From: the human T2T-CHM13v2.0 reference genome, Homo sapiens
Assembly: GCF_009914755.1 (NCBI RefSeq)
Contig: NC_060932.1
Reading direction: 5' to 3' (one strand)
Length of the DNA: 64,000 nucleotides
Both the position numbers and the translations under genes were made by a program. Shown piece after piece: positions 25,951-40,734 of this stretch (within the stretch, counting starts at the first letter, position 1; the number at the start of each line of letters is the position of its first letter). Under the pieces are notes generated by a model. That model had not been told where the DNA came from and ran no database searches. It worked only from the letters and a program-made list of their open reading frames with translations.

Positions 25951-26590
25951 TGTTGCAGGGGCCAGTGAGTGAGTTCCACTTGGCCCTCTGAAATTTCCTT
26001 GAAAAATCTATTATCAAAAGGCAGACTAGTGAGAAAGTACATGAATTTATTTAGTGTGTACACATGGAAATATTCAGAATGAAGACCCAAAGACACAAGG
26101 GAAATTGTCTACTTTTGTGCCTATGTTCAACAAAGTATGAACAGCTGTGTAGAAATGTGATTAGATGAAAAGGATATGATCTAATGCTGATACAATGTGT
26201 GGGAAAACACAGAAAGGATAACCTATCAAGATTCTTCTTGCCCATTTTGAGGAGTCCTCATTCCTTCTGGGTATGGGGCAGGACCCTCTCTGGAACAGGG
26301 GTCTTATGAACTACAGTCAAAACAAATTAGGTCGGAAAATTGTTTATGGCAAGTTTTTACACAAATAAGACAGAAGAAAAGTTGGAGCAATCCATTTTAG
26401 GTTCCATGTCTGGCTTTGGGTAAAGGGCTTCTGGTTTCTATGATTTACCTTGGGGAAGAGGGATTCTAGTTTCTATAACACCTCAAAGGAAAATGGGACT
26501 GAGAGACAGGAGGGCAGGAGAAGGTCAGAGAAAAATTTTTGCTTCTGAGGCTGCTGCTTAGGTCTTCAATATTGTTATCTAAGTCCCAAT
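25951..26590 (-). mobile_element. MER39/LTR49-like ERV1 solo LTR
   Basis: Reverse complement contains 'gcctcagaagcaaaaatttttctctgaccttctcctgccctcctgtctctcagtccc'. Confidence 0.65.
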
Positions 26591-27429
26591 GGTGTCATGA
26601 ATATTTTCCCTGAAGCTTAGGAAATATTTTGTTTTTAAGACTAGCTTCATTTTCGTCATCATTCTATTTTGCTTAGCAATTGAAAACAAAAAAGTCCTTA
26701 AATAACAGATGAGTTATAAGAAAAGATAATTATTTATTCAGAAATTTTGAGAACTTCTCCAGATATCATTCTGAGTCTCAAGTAACAAACAGAGAAAAAA
26801 ATCCTGAATTTTTACCAGCATCAAATATAGACATAGACCAATAATTACAATGAGGTATGAAGGGGAGGCTGTGACAGCAGTCAGGGAGGTGCTACTAGAA
26901 GAAGGTTGGGGTAGGTAACCCAAAGAGGAAGCCATCTGGGGAGCTTCTGAGGTCTGTGAAATAAGGAGGTAGTGTAGAGGGTGGTGGTGGATTTGCATTT
27001 GGAAAATCTAATCAAGTGTGAGGGAATAGAGTTTGGGGGTGGAAGAGAGGCATGTTGTAGCTTAGCATTAGCATAAGTGTCCCTAATAACATGTACACAG
27101 GATGCAGAAAGGTTTGAAAAAGGAGTAAGCATTTTAGATCATCAAATAGTTACATGTTGCTAGAGAATAAAATTCAAGGCTGGCCTGTTAATCAAGCCAC
27201 AGAAATCATCAAGGAAGCAGTTCCAGATGCCTTCATCACTGTGACAAGGAGCAGAGATGAGTGGCTGCGCCCTGAACAGCTCTTGTGAATAGAGAGTGCT
27301 TTGGTCACAGGAGGGCTACAGGCTGCTTGCCCACAAGTAGGTGAATGGTAACGGAAGGCAGAGAGAGTAGTGAGAACGTTTTGCAGTGGTGTGTGCGTGT
27401 GTGTGTGTGTGTGTAAGAAGACCCCGCAG

Positions 27430-27640
27430 TTTCCTGAGACAGAAGATAGAAACAAAAGATATTTGAGGAGCCTGTGGAACATCCAAGTGGAAATGGCCAA
27501 AAAGGTCCTGGATCTAGAGTCTGAAGGTCACACCTGAGAGTACGGCACTGGGAGTCATGGCAATATTGCGATTTATGAAAACCCAAAGATCCATTAAGAT
27601 TATTCAGAGAGGGCTGAGTCTATCATCCTGAAGGAGGAAC
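27430..27640 (-). mobile_element. L2 fragment
   Basis: 'tttgaggagcctgtggaacatccaagtggaaatg...gggagtcat'. Confidence 0.65.
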
Positions 27641-27894
27641 ACAGTTTCCCAAATCTGTTGCCTAAAAGTTAGAACTTTTCCCCTTGGGTGCAATGTTACT
27701 GAAGCAAAAACGTGAAAATAAACTTCAATGGTTTAATAGAATTTAACTTCCTATTTAGTAAAAACTTTGCTATTATTTTACCAAAAAATTCAAGATTAAA
27801 TTCTTTATATTATAATAAAGGGTCAATAATCCAGTTTGTAAGTAGTACACTTGCCAATTACAGTGAGCATTAAATACTGGAAAATTTTGCTATT

Positions 27895-28060
27895 GTAGCT
27901 CCTTGAAAAGCTAGGGGCAGAGAGAAAATATTGCCCTTTTGGAGAGCTGTTAAACTTTTTCCAATGCTTTAAGTAGCTCCCTGAAAAGCTAGGGGCAGAG
28001 AGAAAATCTTGCCCTTTTGGAGAGCTGTTAAACTTTTTCCAATGCTTTAAGTAGCTCCCT
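27895..28060. repeat. Tandem duplication, 78-bp unit x2 plus partial
   Basis: 27895-27972 and 27973-28050 differ at 2 positions; 'gtagctcc' occurs three times. Confidence 0.97.
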
Positions 28061-28820
28061 ATGGAGATAGTTATTGGAATACCATAAAATGTTCTGCGTG
28101 AACAACTGTAATTTTCTTTGTGATTAGAAAAAAAATGGTGTGTGTGAAAATATTTCTCCTGCTATGATACACGGAATTGTTTTATTTTTCTCCTGATGGT
28201 AACCTAAATAGTAATACCAGTAGGATGGAATGTTAATTCTAAATAGCTTTATTTTTTGTTTAGATGAGCATTACTAAATTATTCTTTCTTCTGAATTGAA
28301 TCTGCATAAAAGAAAGCCATTTCACAGTAAGCACCTGTGTTTAATGATATGGTTGATTATAGTAAATTAGTTGTAAAACTGTTTTGGTTTTTTTCCCTCA
28401 TAATTTTTCTGTAATTCCCTGATCTATTGAAGGCTTAGGTAATGGATTCTATCATGTTTTGGTAATTAAAATGGTACAGAACTTTGAAGAAAGATAACTG
28501 ATTTTCACCAATTCAGCTTTGTATCAATGTTTTAGATAATAATTTGTGGTGGTGTTATATTTTATAGGCATATATTACATATTTACATGATGAAAACTTC
28601 TTCTCATTTTCAAAATGGGAATGATAATAAAGACATACCACTAAGGAGACACTAAATATGTAATATAGGCTTTTAAAATATAACACCACTTCAAATTATT
28701 ATGTAAAACATTGATATAAAGCTGAAAGGCACAAAAATCCTGAAGAAGTCTTTTTTCCTTCAGTCTTTTATAGGATATAGTGATTTTTTGTTATGTTCTG
28801 CTAAAAGGAAAAGCCTATCT

Positions 28821-29780
28821 TGGTTGTAGTAGTTTACATTCCCACCAGCAGTGCAGAAGTGTTCCCTTTTCACCATATCCACTTCAACATCTATTATTTT
28901 TTTATTTTGTAATTATGGCTATTCTTGCAGGAGTGAGGTGGTATTGCATTGTGGTTTTGATTTGCATCTCCCTCACAGTTAATGCTGTTGAGCATTTTTC
29001 ATATGCTTGTTAGCCATGTGTATATCTTCTTTTGAGAATTGTCCATTTATGTCCTTGCCCCACTTTTTTGACAGAATTATTATTTCTTTTTTCTTGCTCA
29101 TTTGTTTGAGTTCCTTGTCAATTCTGGATATTAGTCCTTTGTCAATTGCATAGTTTGTGAATATTTTCTCTCACTCATGGGTTGTCTGTTTTCTCTGCTG
29201 ATTATTTCATATGGAGAGCATAATGGAGATTCCTTAAGGAACTAAAAATAGAAATACCATTTGATCCAACAATCATATTACTGGGTATCTACCCAGAGGA
29301 AAAGAAGTCATTATATGAAAAAGACACTGGCACATGCATGTTTATAGCAGCACAACTTACAATTCCAAAAATATGGAACCAGCCTAAATGCCCACCAACC
29401 AATGAGTGGATAGAGAAAATGTGATTTATGGAATACTACTCAGCCATAGAAAGGAATGAAATAATGGCATTTACAGCAACCTGAATAGAGTTGGAGACCA
29501 TTATTTTAAGTGAAGTAACTCAGGAATGGAAAACTAAATATCATATGTTCTCACAAGTGGGAGTTAAGCTATGAGGATGTAAAGTCATAAGAATGATACA
29601 GTGGACTCTGGGGGCTCAAAGGGAAGGGTGGGAGGGGGGTGAGGGATAAAAGACTACACATTGGGTACAGTGTACACTGCTCAGGTGATGGGTGCACCAA
29701 AATCTCAGAAAGCACAACAAAAAACATATCCATGTCACCAAACACCACCTATTACCCCAAAACTATTGAAATCAATTTTA
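28821..29780 (+). mobile_element. L1PB with 5' inversion (twin priming)
   Basis: 28821-29208 is antisense ORF2, 29209-29780 is the sense 3' end. The parts are adjacent in L1 coordinates. Degenerate TSD gaaaagcctatcttgg/gaaacctgtttgg. Confidence 0.85.
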
Positions 29781-29977
29781 GAAACCTGTTTGGCATAAAC
29801 TAAGAAGCTCTTATAGGCTGTGTGCACAAGTCTCACCTACACACAGAAATTTCATATAAATCTGCTCTCCTGAAGACTGGGAGACTCTATCTATTGTGTC
29901 TTTTTATATAAAAACAGAAAAGCACAAGTATTACTCTCTCTCTTCAATAAAAATATATTGATTGATGAATTTTAAGC

Positions 29978-32900
29978 AAAATGGAACAATAGGAAGCTCC
30001 AGACTTCATTCCCTTATGAGATTCAGACTTAACAACAATATATGTTTCAAAAATTCTTCATGAGAATTCCAGAAAACAATTAAGCAGTTGAAATATCTCA
30101 GGCAAGTTTAAAGCCAAGAACAGCTGCATTGAAACACGTAAGAAAAGTCATTGCATTTCAGCTGTGATATCCCCTGCCCCAAGTTACCACAGCTAGGGGC
30201 AATCAGTAGAAAACACCCAACTCCAAACTTCTGCCTCAGGAAGGAAAGAGAAAATTGGAACAAAACATCCAGCATTTTGGCTTTTCAGGAGGCTGCCTAA
30301 GGACATGTGCTGGCCTCACTTCAGTTGGAGTGCTGATGGGGAACCAGCATACTTTGGAAACCTGAAACCACTGAAAACAAAGGAGAACTGAGTGGCTTTT
30401 TATAACACCATAGAACCTGCAGTACCAAAGACAGATATTAGAGGGAGGAAGAAATTATAAAGTCCTGAAAAAAAACCTGGCAAACCTCTAACTGGGAAAT
30501 TACACACATAAGCCCATAGGAGATACATCCCCCTTAAATGTCTGATAGGCCACCAGAATGTCTAGCCATGCTGATAGATGAAGGTTTTTCCTGAATAAAG
30601 TCTGTAAAGACTAGGAGGGGAGCTATTTTTTGAAATGACAAAAATCTGAGATAAAAATAAATTATAAAAGTAACAGGATAAAAAAGGTCCAATCAAAGGA
30701 AAAAAATAAATCTAGGAAATAACCACAAAATACTATGTAAAGGTAAAATTGTGCTTTAAAAAATGAAGTCAAAATAAAAACCTTTCCAGAAAAAAAAATC
30801 AAGAGCATTCAACATTGCTGGTCCTTTCTTACAAGAAATGCTAAAGGAAGTCATTCAAGTTGAAATGAAAAGACCCTAGACGGTAACAGAGAAGCTTATG
30901 TAAATATAAAGCTGTCTGATAAAGGTAAGTATATAGACAAATACAGATTCCTGTAATATGTAAATCACTTTTAATTTTCATATACAATGGAAAAGATAAA
31001 TGCATAAAAATAACTATAAGGCTACATAAATAGAAAATGTAAAAAAAGATGTAATTTTAAGATCTATAACATAAAGCAAGGCAGAAAAAAAAAGAACAAA
31101 CTAACCAAAAATTATACAACAAATAATTTTTAAATGGCAATAATAAGTCCTTCCCTATAAGCAATTATTTTAAATATACTTATACTCCTCAATCAAAAAC
31201 ATACTGTGAGTGGATTAAAAAAAAAGATCCAACTGTATGCTGTATGCAAGAGACTTGTTTATGATTTAAACACACAAATAGGCTGAAAGAGAAAGGATAG
31301 GAAAAAAAATATTAAATGTGTAATTGATAACCCAAGAAAGCAGGACTGGTCATTCTTATATCAGACCAAATAGACTTTAAGGCAAAAACTGTCACAAGAG
31401 ATAAAGAGCAATATTACACAATGGTAAAAGGGTCAATCCACTAGGAAGTTATAATGATTATAAATATATATGTAGCTAACATTGGAGCACCCACATATAT
31501 GAAGCAAACATTGAAAGAATTGAAGGAAAAACCACATATAATATAATAATTGTAGGAGATCTTCATACTCACTTTTAAATAATAAAACAACTGGAGAGAA
31601 GATCCACAAGGAAACAAAGACTTCGGCAACACTATAATCAATTGGACCTAAGAGATATATTCAGAACACTTCTTCCAACAACAGCAGCGCACATTCTTCT
31701 CAAGAGCACATAAAAAATTCTTGAGACTGTATCACATGTTAGGCCACAAAACAAGTCTTTAAAAAATTAGGAAGATTAAAATTATATCAAATATCTTTTC
31801 CAAATACAGTGAAATAAAACTACCAGTAATTGGCAAAAGAACTAAAAATTCACAAATATGTGGAGATTAAACAACAGCATATGGGTCAGAGAGGAAATCA
31901 CAAATTTGAGACAAATGAAAATTCAAACACAATATACCATACCTACAGCAAAATACATGCTAAGAGGAAAATTTAGAATGGTAAACATCTACACTAAAAA
32001 AATTTAAAAAGTCTCAAATCAACTATCTAACTTTACACCTCAAGAAGCTAGAGAAAAGAAACAAACTAAATTCAGTGTTAAAAGAAGGAAGGGAATGGAA
32101 ATGAACATAAATGTTCATAAATGAACATAATGAAATAGAATATATTTCATAAATATATATATTTATGACATAATGAAATAGACATAAATGAAATAGAATA
32201 TATAAAGAATAAAAAATATTAAAAGAAACTGAGGGTTTTTGTAAAGTTTAAAATAAAATTTGCAAACCTTTAGCTAGAAAGAGGGAGAGATTTGGAAGAC
32301 ATTAAAATTGATGCCACAGAAACAAAAAGGATAATAAACGATCAATATGAACAATTATATGACAATTATTTGGGATAATCTAAAATAAATGGATAAACTT
32401 TTAGAAACATACAACCTACAAGGATTGAATCTTAAAGGAGATTAAATCAATAATCAACAACTTCCCCAAAATGAAAAACCCAGAACCAACTGGAGAATGC
32501 TACCAAACATTTAAAGAATCACAGATACCAATGTTTTTTAAACTCTTCTAAAAAATAGAATAGGAAGAAACACTTCCTAACTCATTTTGTGAGGACAACA
32601 TTACCCTGAAATCAAAACCACACAAAAGTACTACAAGTAAAGTACAGGCCAACGTTTCTCATTAATTTTGATTTAAAATTTATCAACAAAATGCTAGCAA
32701 ACTGATACTGGTTTGGCGCTGTGTCTCCACCCAAATTTTATCTCAACTTGTAATCCCCATGTGTCAAGCCAGGGACCTGTAATCCTCACATGTTGAGGGA
32801 GGGAGGTGATTGGATCATGGGGGTGGTTTCCCCCATGCTGTTCTTATGATAGTGAGTAAATTCTCATGAGACCTGATGGTTTTATAAATGTTTGACGGTT

Positions 32901-35343
32901 CCTCCTTCACATGTCCTCTCTCTCCTGATGCCTTTTAAAGACGGTGCCTGCTTCCCCTTCCACCATGATTGTAAGTTTCTTGAGGCCTCCCCTGCCATGT
33001 GGAACTATAAGTCAATTAAACCTCCATTGTTTATAAGCTAGCCACCCTTGGGTACTATCTTTATAGCAGTGTGAAAACACACTAATGCACAAACTAAATT
33101 CAACAGCACATTAAAATGATAACACCTCATGACCAAGTGAAATTTACTTTTGGAATGCAAGGATAGTGAAACTTATTAAATCAACATCGTATACTACAAA
33201 ACGTAATGGAAAACAACATCCACATGATTATGTCATTGATCTAGAAACAGCACTTGATAAACTTCAACATAGTTTCATCATAAAAACACTCAAAAAACTA
33301 AAAATAGAAAGAAATTACCTCAACATATTAAAGATCATATATGAAAAGTTTAAAGCTAGCATAATAGTCAAAAGTGAAAAACTAAAAGTTTTTTTTTTTT
33401 CTAAGGTCAGGAACAAGGCAAGTGTGCCACTCTCACCATTTCTATTTAGTGTGGCACTAGAAGTCCTAGCCAGAACAATTAATCAAGGAAAAGAAATAGA
33501 GGACATCCAAATTGGAAAGAAAGAAGCAAAAATATCATTGGTTGCAGATGACATGATGTTATTTTTAGGAAACACTAAAGATTCCACAAAAGAACATTTA
33601 GAACTAATAAATTCAGCTACATTGCAGGATACATAATCAACAGGCAAAAATCAGCTGCATTCTATACATTAACAATCAACAATCCTCAAAGGAAATTACG
33701 AAAACAGTCTCATGTACAATAGCATAAAAAAGAAAAAAACACTTAAGGATAAGCTTAAACAAAGAGACAAAAAATGTATAATGAAAACTACAAAACATTA
33801 ATGAAAGAAATGTAATATGAAACAAGTAAATGCAAAGACATTCCATGCTCATGGATTGGAAGAATTAATATAATTAAAGTGTCCGTATGACCAAAAGTGA
33901 ACTTCATAGTCAATGCAATCTTTGTCAAATCCTAGTGGCATTTTTGGCAAAAATACAAAAAAATTCTAATATTTATATGGAATATCAAAGAACACCATAT
34001 AGCCAAAACAATCTTGAAGAGAAAAGAAAAGCTAGAGATCTCAAACACCCAGATTTTGAAGCATATTACAAAGCTGCAGAAATAAAACATGATACTGGCA
34101 TTAAAACAGGCATATAGCCAATACAACGAAATATAAACAGCTCAGAAATACATGCTTAGATATATGGCCAAATGATCTCAGACAAAGATGCCAACACTAC
34201 ACAAGATAGTATCTTTCATAAATGGCTTTGGGAAAACTGGATATCTACATACAAAAGAAAGAAGTTAGACCTTTCATTTTACCATATAAAAAATTAATTC
34301 AAAATGGATTAAATGCCTAAATATAAAGTCTAAAACTATAGAACACCTGATGAATAAATATGGAAGAAACATAGATGACATTGTGTACTACATTTTGGGT
34401 ATTCTTTCTTTCTTGGATATGACACCAATGTCACAGGCAATAAAATAAAATGTAGAGAAGTGTAACTGTATCAAAGTGAACATGTCTGTGCAGCAAAGGA
34501 AACAATCAGCAAAGTGAAAAGGCAACCTACAAAGTAGGAGAATATATTTGCAAATCATATATCTAATAAGAGGCTAATATTCAGATAGTATAATGAGCTC
34601 CTGCATTATACAAATTTGATTTGTATAATCAAACAGCCAAAGTTGATTTGAAACTGGGCAAAGGACTTGAACAGCCATTTCTCCAAAGAAGGTGCACAAA
34701 GAACATATGGAAAGATGCTGAACATCACTAGTCATCAGGGAAATGCAAACTAAAACCCCAATGGGATACCTCCGTACACCCATTAGAATTGCTATTATCA
34801 TATAAATAGAAACCAAATGCTGACAAAGATGTGGAGAAATTGCAACCCTGGTGCATTTTATGTAAATGCACCATATGTAAATGTAAAATGTAATGTAATG
34901 TAAATGTGAAACATAAACTTGTTCAGAAACCATAGAAAACAGTATATATAAGTCCTCAGAAAGCTAAAACTTGAACTACCAGCAAATAAAAACTGAACTC
35001 CTAGCAAATAAAAATTGAACTACTGGATACAGAAGGATCTGGCAACCCCACTTTTGGGTATATATCCAAAAGAATTGAGAACAGGATCTCAAGGAGTTAT
35101 TTGCACACCCACATTCACTGTAACATTATTCACAATAGCCAATAGTTGAAAGTAACTAAAATGCTCATCAACACATGAATGGAAAAAGGAAATGCGGTAT
35201 ACACATACAATGGAATTTTGCCATTTGTTACGTCACAATTAAAACTAGAGGAAATTTTCTAAGTGAAATTAGCCAGACAAAAATACAAATACTGCATGAT
35301 TCTACCTATATGACATACCTAATTTAGTTAAACTATTAGAAAC
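29978..35343 (+). mobile_element. Long degenerate L1M (L1MA/MB) with internal deletions
   Basis: Endonuclease-like start near 31135. RT remnant in ORF 33166-33636 (PLSPFLFSVALEVLA...LVADDM). ORF2 C-terminal motifs to ~35340. Confidence 0.88.
32703..33089 (+). mobile_element. THE1D/MSTA-like solo LTR inside L1M
   Basis: 'tgatactggtttggc...ctttatagcagtgtgaaaac...ctaatgca'; perfect TSD CAAAC. Confidence 0.9.
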
Positions 35344-35588
35344 TGTTCTGGGAAACGCCTTCTGGATTTAGACAATAGCTCTGAACTTCTCTCCTTTAAC
35401 CTTATTTCTCAGCTATTTCCTGAAGCCCTGGGACAGCTCTCCTTCTCCACATGTGCCTGGACACCACTCAATGCTCCTGCTTCAGCTCTCATTCAGCTCT
35501 GGGGACTCCAGACTCGCCCTCAGTGTGACATCTTGTTCCACACCAGAGTATTCAGATCCCTCTTCTGGACGTGTGTCCTGATGGCTCA

Positions 35589-36074
<486 letters not shown>

Positions 36075-36154
36075 TCAATGTGAGTAAAAGCGCTGGAAAA
36101 TATACAGTTAGTATAGCATGGGGGATGATAGATGAATATCTCTGCTGGAGGTTT

Positions 36155-36511
36155 TTTTTGGAGATAAGATCTTTACAGAGGTAATCAAGTTAAAATAAGA
36201 CATCAGAGTGATCCCTTATCCAATATGACTGGTATCTTATAAAAGGGGAAATCTGAACAGAAACGGCACATAGAATAAAGAGGTCACATGAAAGAGGATT
36301 AGAGTGAGGTATCTATAACCCAAGGAAGAGCAACGATCACCAGCAGACCACCAGAGGCAAGGAGGAGGCACAGAATTCAGGAGGAGCACAGCCCTGCTGA
36401 CACATTAATTTTAGACTTTGAGTGCCCAGAACTGTAAACCAATAATTTCTTGTTTTTATAAGCCACCTAGTTTGTGGTACTTTGTTACCGCAGCCATAGG
36501 AAATTAATACA
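36155..36511 (+). mobile_element. MLT1B/C LTR, 5' truncated
   Basis: 'ctttacagaggtaatcaagttaaaat...tttgtggtactttgttac...aattaataca'. Confidence 0.85.
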
Positions 36512-39500
36512 GAATGTTAACCTACATAACATTTCATCTCTGAGGTTTTTTAAAATCACAAAATGAAAATAAAATGATAAAAGTTACATTCGTTATTTAA
36601 AAGGGTTGTTTGGATCATCAAATGAGGCAATATGTGTCAAAGTGAGTGTGTGTTTGCCTGTGTGTGTATGTGTATTTTAAGTGTAAGTATAAGACAATAT
36701 GTGCCCAAATGTGCACGTATATGTTTATATACATATAAATATACCTTACATAAGAACAAGTGTTTTGCTTGTGCATGTATGTGTATATAAGTATTTTAAT
36801 ATAGACAGCACCTGGTGAAATTTTTGGTGGTGGTTCCTGGAAGGCAAAAACAGGGTTTTCTTTATTTTTATACCCTCATTGCACCTCTCTTGGGTGTTTT
36901 ATTCAAGTGAAAATTGGGGTGTATGCCTGGTACATTTTGGTTGAATTATACCCACAATATTAGGTACCTATAAACACATAAATATTATAAAAAATATTTT
37001 TTCCTCAGAATTAATGCTAAAGCTATAACAGATTTAGAGCCAGGAAGAGTGTGTGTCAGGTTAGAAGTTCTCGAGTATGTCAATCCATAGGTAAGAACAC
37101 TTAATTTACATTGGGGTTGGAAGTGCAGATTTTCACACCCCTTTAGGTCAGAATTTGGAAATTGCTTTATCTTTTCTTTCATCCTATTGCACCATATGTC
37201 TGCTAATGGCACACTGCTGTTCTAAGAGTCCTCCAAGCACACTGGCATTTTAAGTGAGTTGTCTATAATTGATAAAATAGTAATTTGCTAATTTGCAGGT
37301 AAAGTCGTGCATGACCTCTGCAAAATAAATGTCTCCTTTTTAGTTATAAGACTAGAACAAAATCATACACATAATTAGAATTTCTTTTTAAGTGATTATC
37401 TTATATTAGTGTACCCCTGGTTACTATTTGGAGTTTTAAAAATATTATGCAAGAATTAACTATTATGATTACATTTGTTATTATTTATTTGGTTTGGGGT
37501 ACTTTTTTAAATTAAACTGGAGTTTAAGGATTTTTTTTTGCTGAAATTACCATGATAAAAACAATATAGAATCTACTTAATGGCAAGGATGTGTAAAAGG
37601 ATGTGTTGTAATTTATTTTTTAGTTCTTTGTGTAAATTTAATAAGAAGATGAGTGATCTTTAGCTTATAAACTACTGTTTTTGTTGTTTTTAACATAGTA
37701 TTAAAAAACAATAATTTTTAGGCTATGATAATTAAAGTTGTCCTTAACTGTAGTAAAATATATATACAAGCAACATATGTATGTGTATGTATTATAATTT
37801 TAACTGTTTTATTCTATTTAATTATTTAGTCTTAATTACTCTATGAACCAAAATAAGTTTTAAAAAGTAAGAGATCAATCCAAGTGCAAGGAAAACAAAA
37901 TGCAAGCAATGCTCATCTCTCTTCATACAGTTCCATAGCAGGATATACAACAGTAACTGCAGCAGTAGATTATAAATAATGTACTATATATTCAAGAGGC
38001 ATAATGCATTCCTCTATTCTTAAATAAAGTGCCTTTCTCTTCATTATGTTTTATGAGTGAAGGCATCTCTTTTTATTGCAAAAAAACCCCTGAAAATAAA
38101 TTGCTGATTACTATTCAAGTAATGATATGTCCATTTGAGGAAATTTGTGAGAAACTGACAAAACAGCTATAAAAGTGTAGTTGCACTGTCAAAACCAGTA
38201 TTTTATACTTTATTTTCATGTATGGTAGTGAATCACCTCCTTGACTTTCTGATAGCTAATCCAGTAAATTGTTGCATTAAAAAATGTCTGTGATAGTTAT
38301 AGACTGCATGGTGACCTTCCTCATTAATTTCTGTGTTTGTAAAAGCCTTACAGTCTCACGCTTTGAACCTTAGAATCAGATGTTTCCTCTAAAAGCATAA
38401 ATAGAAATGTCACCAAATTCCTTATACTGAGACAGATGAGTGAAATAATAAATTATATATTACTAAATATTTTAAAAATGGATCGAGTGTTCTTTTAAAT
38501 CACAGTAAATGTATTTCTCCTAATCTTTTGACTTTCAAGATATTTTTGATTCACAAGAAATTCTTTGAAATTTTTGAGTGAATTTTAACATCCAGATCAA
38601 TTTATAATGACTACCCAAAACTTTAAAAGGTAGTTTGTGCACATTCACTTTAATTGGACCAGTATCATATGTGTCTGATTTATCCATTTCAGCTAACCAT
38701 ACAAATCAAGAAAAGTGTTGAATGCCCATTTCATGATATACGAATGAAACATAAGGATTTTTTTTCTTGAAATTCATTCTTTAGAACAAAATAAAGTTCT
38801 GACACGTGAATTGTGATTCAAAGTACCTGGAAAGACGGTCAGATGGATGTAATTGAAAGGAGATTAAACATAAAGTTATGGAAAGTGTCAAAATATTATT
38901 TATTTGATTGTAAAGCTGCCACCTCTAAAGATGTGTTACAGTTATGACTCAACAGATTTTCATTTTAATATATGTCTTTTTTATGCATATTTTCTTAGTG
39001 TTTCTTTATCCTTTGTGTCTCGTTTGAATTGAATCCCACAACTCATGATGGGATTTTCTCAGTAAGAGCAAGTTTTTCACCTTAAGGTTTCAATAGTCAT
39101 CCTAGCAAACTAACTTTCTATGTTCCCAATGAGAATCCCATTTGTACTGAAATGACAAAAGTGAGATGCCTTTTAACATAGCTATTTGAACAATTTAGCT
39201 CTGAGTTATTTTTGGCCTCAATAGTTGTTTTAATATAAATTACAATCATAGTCATGAGAGATAAGATTGCAAAACAGTTTGATCTGTTGGGGATAGTTGC
39301 TTTAGATAGGCATAATTGGATTCTTTATCCAGATGTGTTAGTTTCTCTTATTTTTATAAATCATTGAAATATTATTTTGCTTTTATGATAATATATGCAT
39401 CTTGCATAGCAGCTAGTTAACTGATAATCAGATTTTACTCATTTATATGGATAGTTTGAACTTTCTGAAACAACAATGCCTTAATATTTCTTATTTCCTA

Positions 39501-40734
39501 ATTTACACATGGTCACCGCTCTGTCAGCATTTCTACCCTTAACATCAATACTAATTCTATATGTGTGTATAAGTTAAATGTAGTTGCATAGACCCATAAA
39601 TGGCCAGTTTCTCTTGGCTTCACCTATTTGTGGGTAGAATTGTATTTGTGTTTGAAATAATCACTCAAATTCTACTGAGTTTTGCCCCAACATGCACTCA
39701 CGACTCCAGAAAAGTTCCTCTAACTTTTCAGCAACACCCGCATGTAGAGGCCAGACCTCTGCAAAAGGCCCAAAACCCTGCTAGACTCAGGCTCCAACTT
39801 GCCCACTTCTCGGGGCAGAGCTGCCACTTCCACGAGGTGCTCCTGCTCCCAAGGGGCAGTGACTATGTTCCTGGGCATCCCATCCTCTCTCATCATTTTT
39901 CTGTTTCTGAGCTTTACGACATCTGGCAGACTCCCCTGCCAAGCCCTGCTGAGTGAGGCTGCTTAGTCATGCACAAGGAGTGATCAGTGCAGTGGTTCCT
40001 GAGAAGGAGGGTGCTGTGCTGTTTCCATTGCTTTAGTACCTGCATGTAGATGGTGTTGTGTGCCTTCATGAAACAGCATTTGCATCATGTTCCATAGTGT
40101 CTTTCTTTGGCAGCACCCAGTGTTATAGCATGGCTCTGATACCAGCTGTGCTGAGCCCCTCTCTCTCTGGCCTCAGTCCCTTACAGGATATAAATTTCTT
40201 GTGTGTCTTCCCAGCCAGTTTCCTGGAAGGCCCATGCATACTGAAACCTAAGTTTAAGCATGCTAGGGCCTACCAAACACCTATCTGTATACATTTAAAG
40301 ACGGCCCAACTGAGTTTTGTTTTTTCTCTTTTAACCATGATTCTCAATCTCTTCTGTCCTCGTCTTGAAAAAAAAGAAAGAAAATAAAGACAAGCATTTG
40401 TTGTAGTGAAATACAAAACTCAGAATACTATAACTTACCCTGAGCATCTTCAAACACAGCAAAATGTTCTGAGGACTCTACTCTAAATACCTTACATTGT
40501 TGCTTGGCCACCAGGTGAATCCATATCGTTGTTATTTGATTGGAAATCTTGAGTTGAGCTCATAGACACCAGTAAGACAAGTAGAGGTAAATCAGTATGA
40601 AAAATATTCTGAGAATATCTTGTTTTTATAAGTCTAAGTAACTGTATTTCCTATAAAATGTAACACATTTTAAAACTCTATGGCTCTTGTTGAATCATTA
40701 TATATTCACTCATTGTCGTGCATCAGACAAAACA

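Noticed and set aside
33166-33636. 156-aa ORF with an RT-like ADDM motif
   Set aside because: Fragment of dead L1M ORF2, not a host gene or novel RT system.
39600-40387. ORFs of 118 and 109 aa in unique sequence
   Set aside because: No domain resemblance or splice context; within chance expectation.
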